Source: Methanomethylovorans hollandica DSM 15978
Lineage (GTDB): Archaea; Halobacteriota; Methanosarcinia; Methanosarcinales; Methanosarcinaceae
Direction: 5' to 3'
NCBI RefSeq assembly: GCF_000328665.1
Contig: NC_019977.1
Span: 1,790,011-1,854,010, forward strand
Length of the DNA: 64,000 nt
The translations under genes were made by a program, and so were the position numbers. The notes under the pieces are model-generated. The model did no database searches. It was not told the DNA's origin and was given only the letters and a program-made list of their open reading frames with translations. Shown piece after piece: positions 61,852 to 64,000 of the stretch (its first letter is position 1; the number at the start of each line of letters is the position of its first letter).

Positions 61852-64000
61852 ATGCAGATCAAAGAAATAAGCCTGCCGGAAAAAGTCATCGGCTTTTACC
61901 TGGACTCCGGAATCGAACATTTGTATCCCCCTCAGGGAGAAGCTATTGATAAAGGCCTTCTTGAGGGAAAGAACATGGTAGCTGCAATACCCACAGCCTC
62001 CGGAAAAACCCTCATAGCTGAGCTTGCAATGCTGAGCTCCATCACAAAAGGGGGAAAAGCATTGTACATTGTGCCATTAAGGGCATTGGCATCCGAAAAG
62101 ATGGACCGTTTTTTGAAGTTCAGACAGATCGGCATCCAAACCGGCATATCCACCGGGGATTTTGAAGCAAGGGATGAGTGGCTTGGTGCCAATGACATAA
62201 TAATTGCAACCTCAGAGAAAGCAGATTCCCTGTTGCGCAACGAAACATCCTGGATGCAGGACATCACCGTAATAGTGGTGGATGAGGTACATCTGCTGGA
62301 TTCACCCAATAGAGGCCCCACTCTGGAAGTCACTATTGCTAAATTGAGAAAACTTAATCCTAAAGCTCAGATAATTGCATTATCTGCAACAGTAGGTAAT
62401 GCACAAGAGATAGCAGACTGGCTGAAAGGCGGGCTTGTATTGAGCGAATGGAGACCTACAGACCTGAGGGAAGGCGTGTACTATGCGGATACGATAAATT
62501 ATATCGGTGCTCAGAAAGCTGTTGCTATCACATCCTCCGACGACGGGGTAAACATTGTCATAGATACACTGGAAGAAGGAGGGCAATGCCTTGTATTCGA
62601 AAGCAGCCGCAAGAATTGCGTGGGTTTTGCAAAGAAGCTGGACAGACACGTTGATAAATTGCTCAGCAAACAGGAGCGCAGTGTCCTTGACAAGATCGTA
62701 GACGCAGTAATCGAAACGTCAGAAACAGAAGCTTCCAAAGTACTTGCACAATGTATCAGAAATGGTGTGGCATTTCACCATGCGGGATTGAACTCAGCCC
62801 ATCGCAGGCTTGTGGAGGACGGGTTCCGGGAAAACATGATCAAAGTTATATGCAGCACGCCTACCCTTGCAGCCGGGCTGAACCTGCCTGCACGCAGAGT
62901 TGTTATCCGCAGCTATAAGAGATATGATTCCAACTTTGGAATGCAGCCTATACCTGTCCTTGAATATAAACAAATGGCAGGCAGAGCGGGTAGACCTCAT
63001 CTTGACCCTTACGGAGAATCTGTGCTTATAGCCCGTTCATATGATGAAATGGAAGCACTTTTTGGGAACTATGTCAATGCCAAGGCAGAAGATGTCTGGT
63101 CAAAACTTGGTACAGAGAATGCATTGCGTACCCATGTTCTTTCCACAATTGTCAATGGTTTCGCTTCCAGTGAAGAGGGACTTATGGAGTTCATGAGCGC
63201 AACATTTTTTGCACATCAGCAGGAGGCACGTAATCTGCAGGAACTGGTAGAACAAAGCATAGCATTCCTGCTTGAGCATGGTATGCTGCAGCAAGAAGGT
63301 CGCCTTCGGGCCACACGGCTTGGAAAACTGGTGTCCATGCTGTACATTGATCCACTATCAGCTGCCACCATACTGCAAGGTTTAGAGAAAGCTGGGAAAC
63401 TCACAGACCTTACTTTGATGCATCTTGTATGTAGTACCCCCGACATGAAACAGCTTTACATGCGCAGCTCTGATTATACCATGATCAATGAATTTGCAAC
63501 TGTCCATAAGGATGAGTTTGCCAGAATGCCCAGCCCTTTTAAGTCCATAGAATATGAATGGTTCCTGGGAGAAGTTAAAACTGCCTTGTTCATGATCAAA
63601 TGGATAGATGAGATACCAATGGACGAGATCACAGCACAGTTCAACGTTGGTGAAGGAGATATACACGCTTTTGCCGATATAGCACAATGGCTCATGCATG
63701 CTACGGCCAAACTTGCGGAAACCATGGAATTTCCAGGAACAGAAAAAGCCTATGAATTGGAAAAACGTATCCAATATGGAGCTAATGCTCAATTACTCGA
63801 ACTGGTAAGCATTCGTGATGTGGGCAGGGTGCGTGCCCGAAAGTTGTATAACGCCGGACTTACGTCAGTAGAAGCGCTAAAGAATGCTGGTGTTGAAAGA
63901 ATAGGCCAACTGATAGGGCCAAAGACAGCAGAGAGGATAATGCACAATATCATGGGTTCATATCAGACGGGGAAAATAAAAGGGAATGGCTTTGCAGAAG
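61852..64000 (+). CDS. hel308: Hel308/Ski2-like ATP-dependent DNA helicase (runs off the right edge)
   Basis: Manual translation: [36 protein letters not shown] and QMAGRAGRP. Confidence 0.93.
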   Translation, partial: MQIKEISLPEKVIGFYLDSGIEHLYPPQGEAIDKGLLEGKNMVAAIPTASGKTLIAELAMLSSITKGGKALYIVPLRALASEKMDRFLKFRQIGIQTGISTGDFEARDEWLGANDIIIATSEKADSLLRNETSWMQDITVIVVDEVHLLDSPNRGPTLEVTIAKLRKLNPKAQIIALSATVGNAQEIADWLKGGLVLSEWRPTDLREGVYYADTINYIGAQKAVAITSSDDGVNIVIDTLEEGGQCLVFESSRKNCVGFAKKLDRHVDKLLSKQERSVLDKIVDAVIETSETEASKVLAQCIRNGVAFHHAGLNSAHRRLVEDGFRENMIKVICSTPTLAAGLNLPARRVVIRSYKRYDSNFGMQPIPVLEYKQMAGRAGRPHLDPYGESVLIARSYDEMEALFGNYVNAKAEDVWSKLGTENALRTHVLSTIVNGFASSEEGLMEFMSATFFAHQQEARNLQELVEQSIAFLLEHGMLQQEGRLRATRLGKLVSMLYIDPLSAATILQGLEKAGKLTDLTLMHLVCSTPDMKQLYMRSSDYTMINEFATVHKDEFARMPSPFKSIEYEWFLGEVKTALFMIKWIDEIPMDEITAQFNVGEGDIHAFADIAQWLMHATAKLAETMEFPGTEKAYELEKRIQYGANAQLLELVSIRDVGRVRARKLYNAGLTSVEALKNAGVERIGQLIGPKTAERIMHNIMGSYQTGKIKGNGFAE

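Overview
Archaeal chromosome segment from a methanogen of the Methanosarcinaceae. This is inferred from a methanogen-type SerRS, methanogenesis marker 2, a stand-alone NifB, fwdGBD, DNRLRE surface proteins and Hel308. The left third holds two related DNRLRE/Ig-repeat surface proteins, an FTR-fwdGBD redox operon and an ABC exporter. The right half is mostly housekeeping: que, glm, rps15/DHH/pcc1/serS/rps3ae, hisS, trpB2, mscS and hel308. The main accessory feature is a ~6.7 kb decayed island (~23957-30692) just downstream of tRNA-Thr(GGT). It is bracketed by two related palindromic sites and contains remnants of a Zot-like ATPase, a DUF1016 nuclease and a Zn-ribbon integrase. It also carries intact AT-rich cargo: a TPR-CHAT protease / small hydrophobic protein / Nudix operon (candidate undescribed defence or cell-death system) and a PGF-CTERM-anchored M23 peptidase. 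All calls come from reading motifs by eye; no searches were run.
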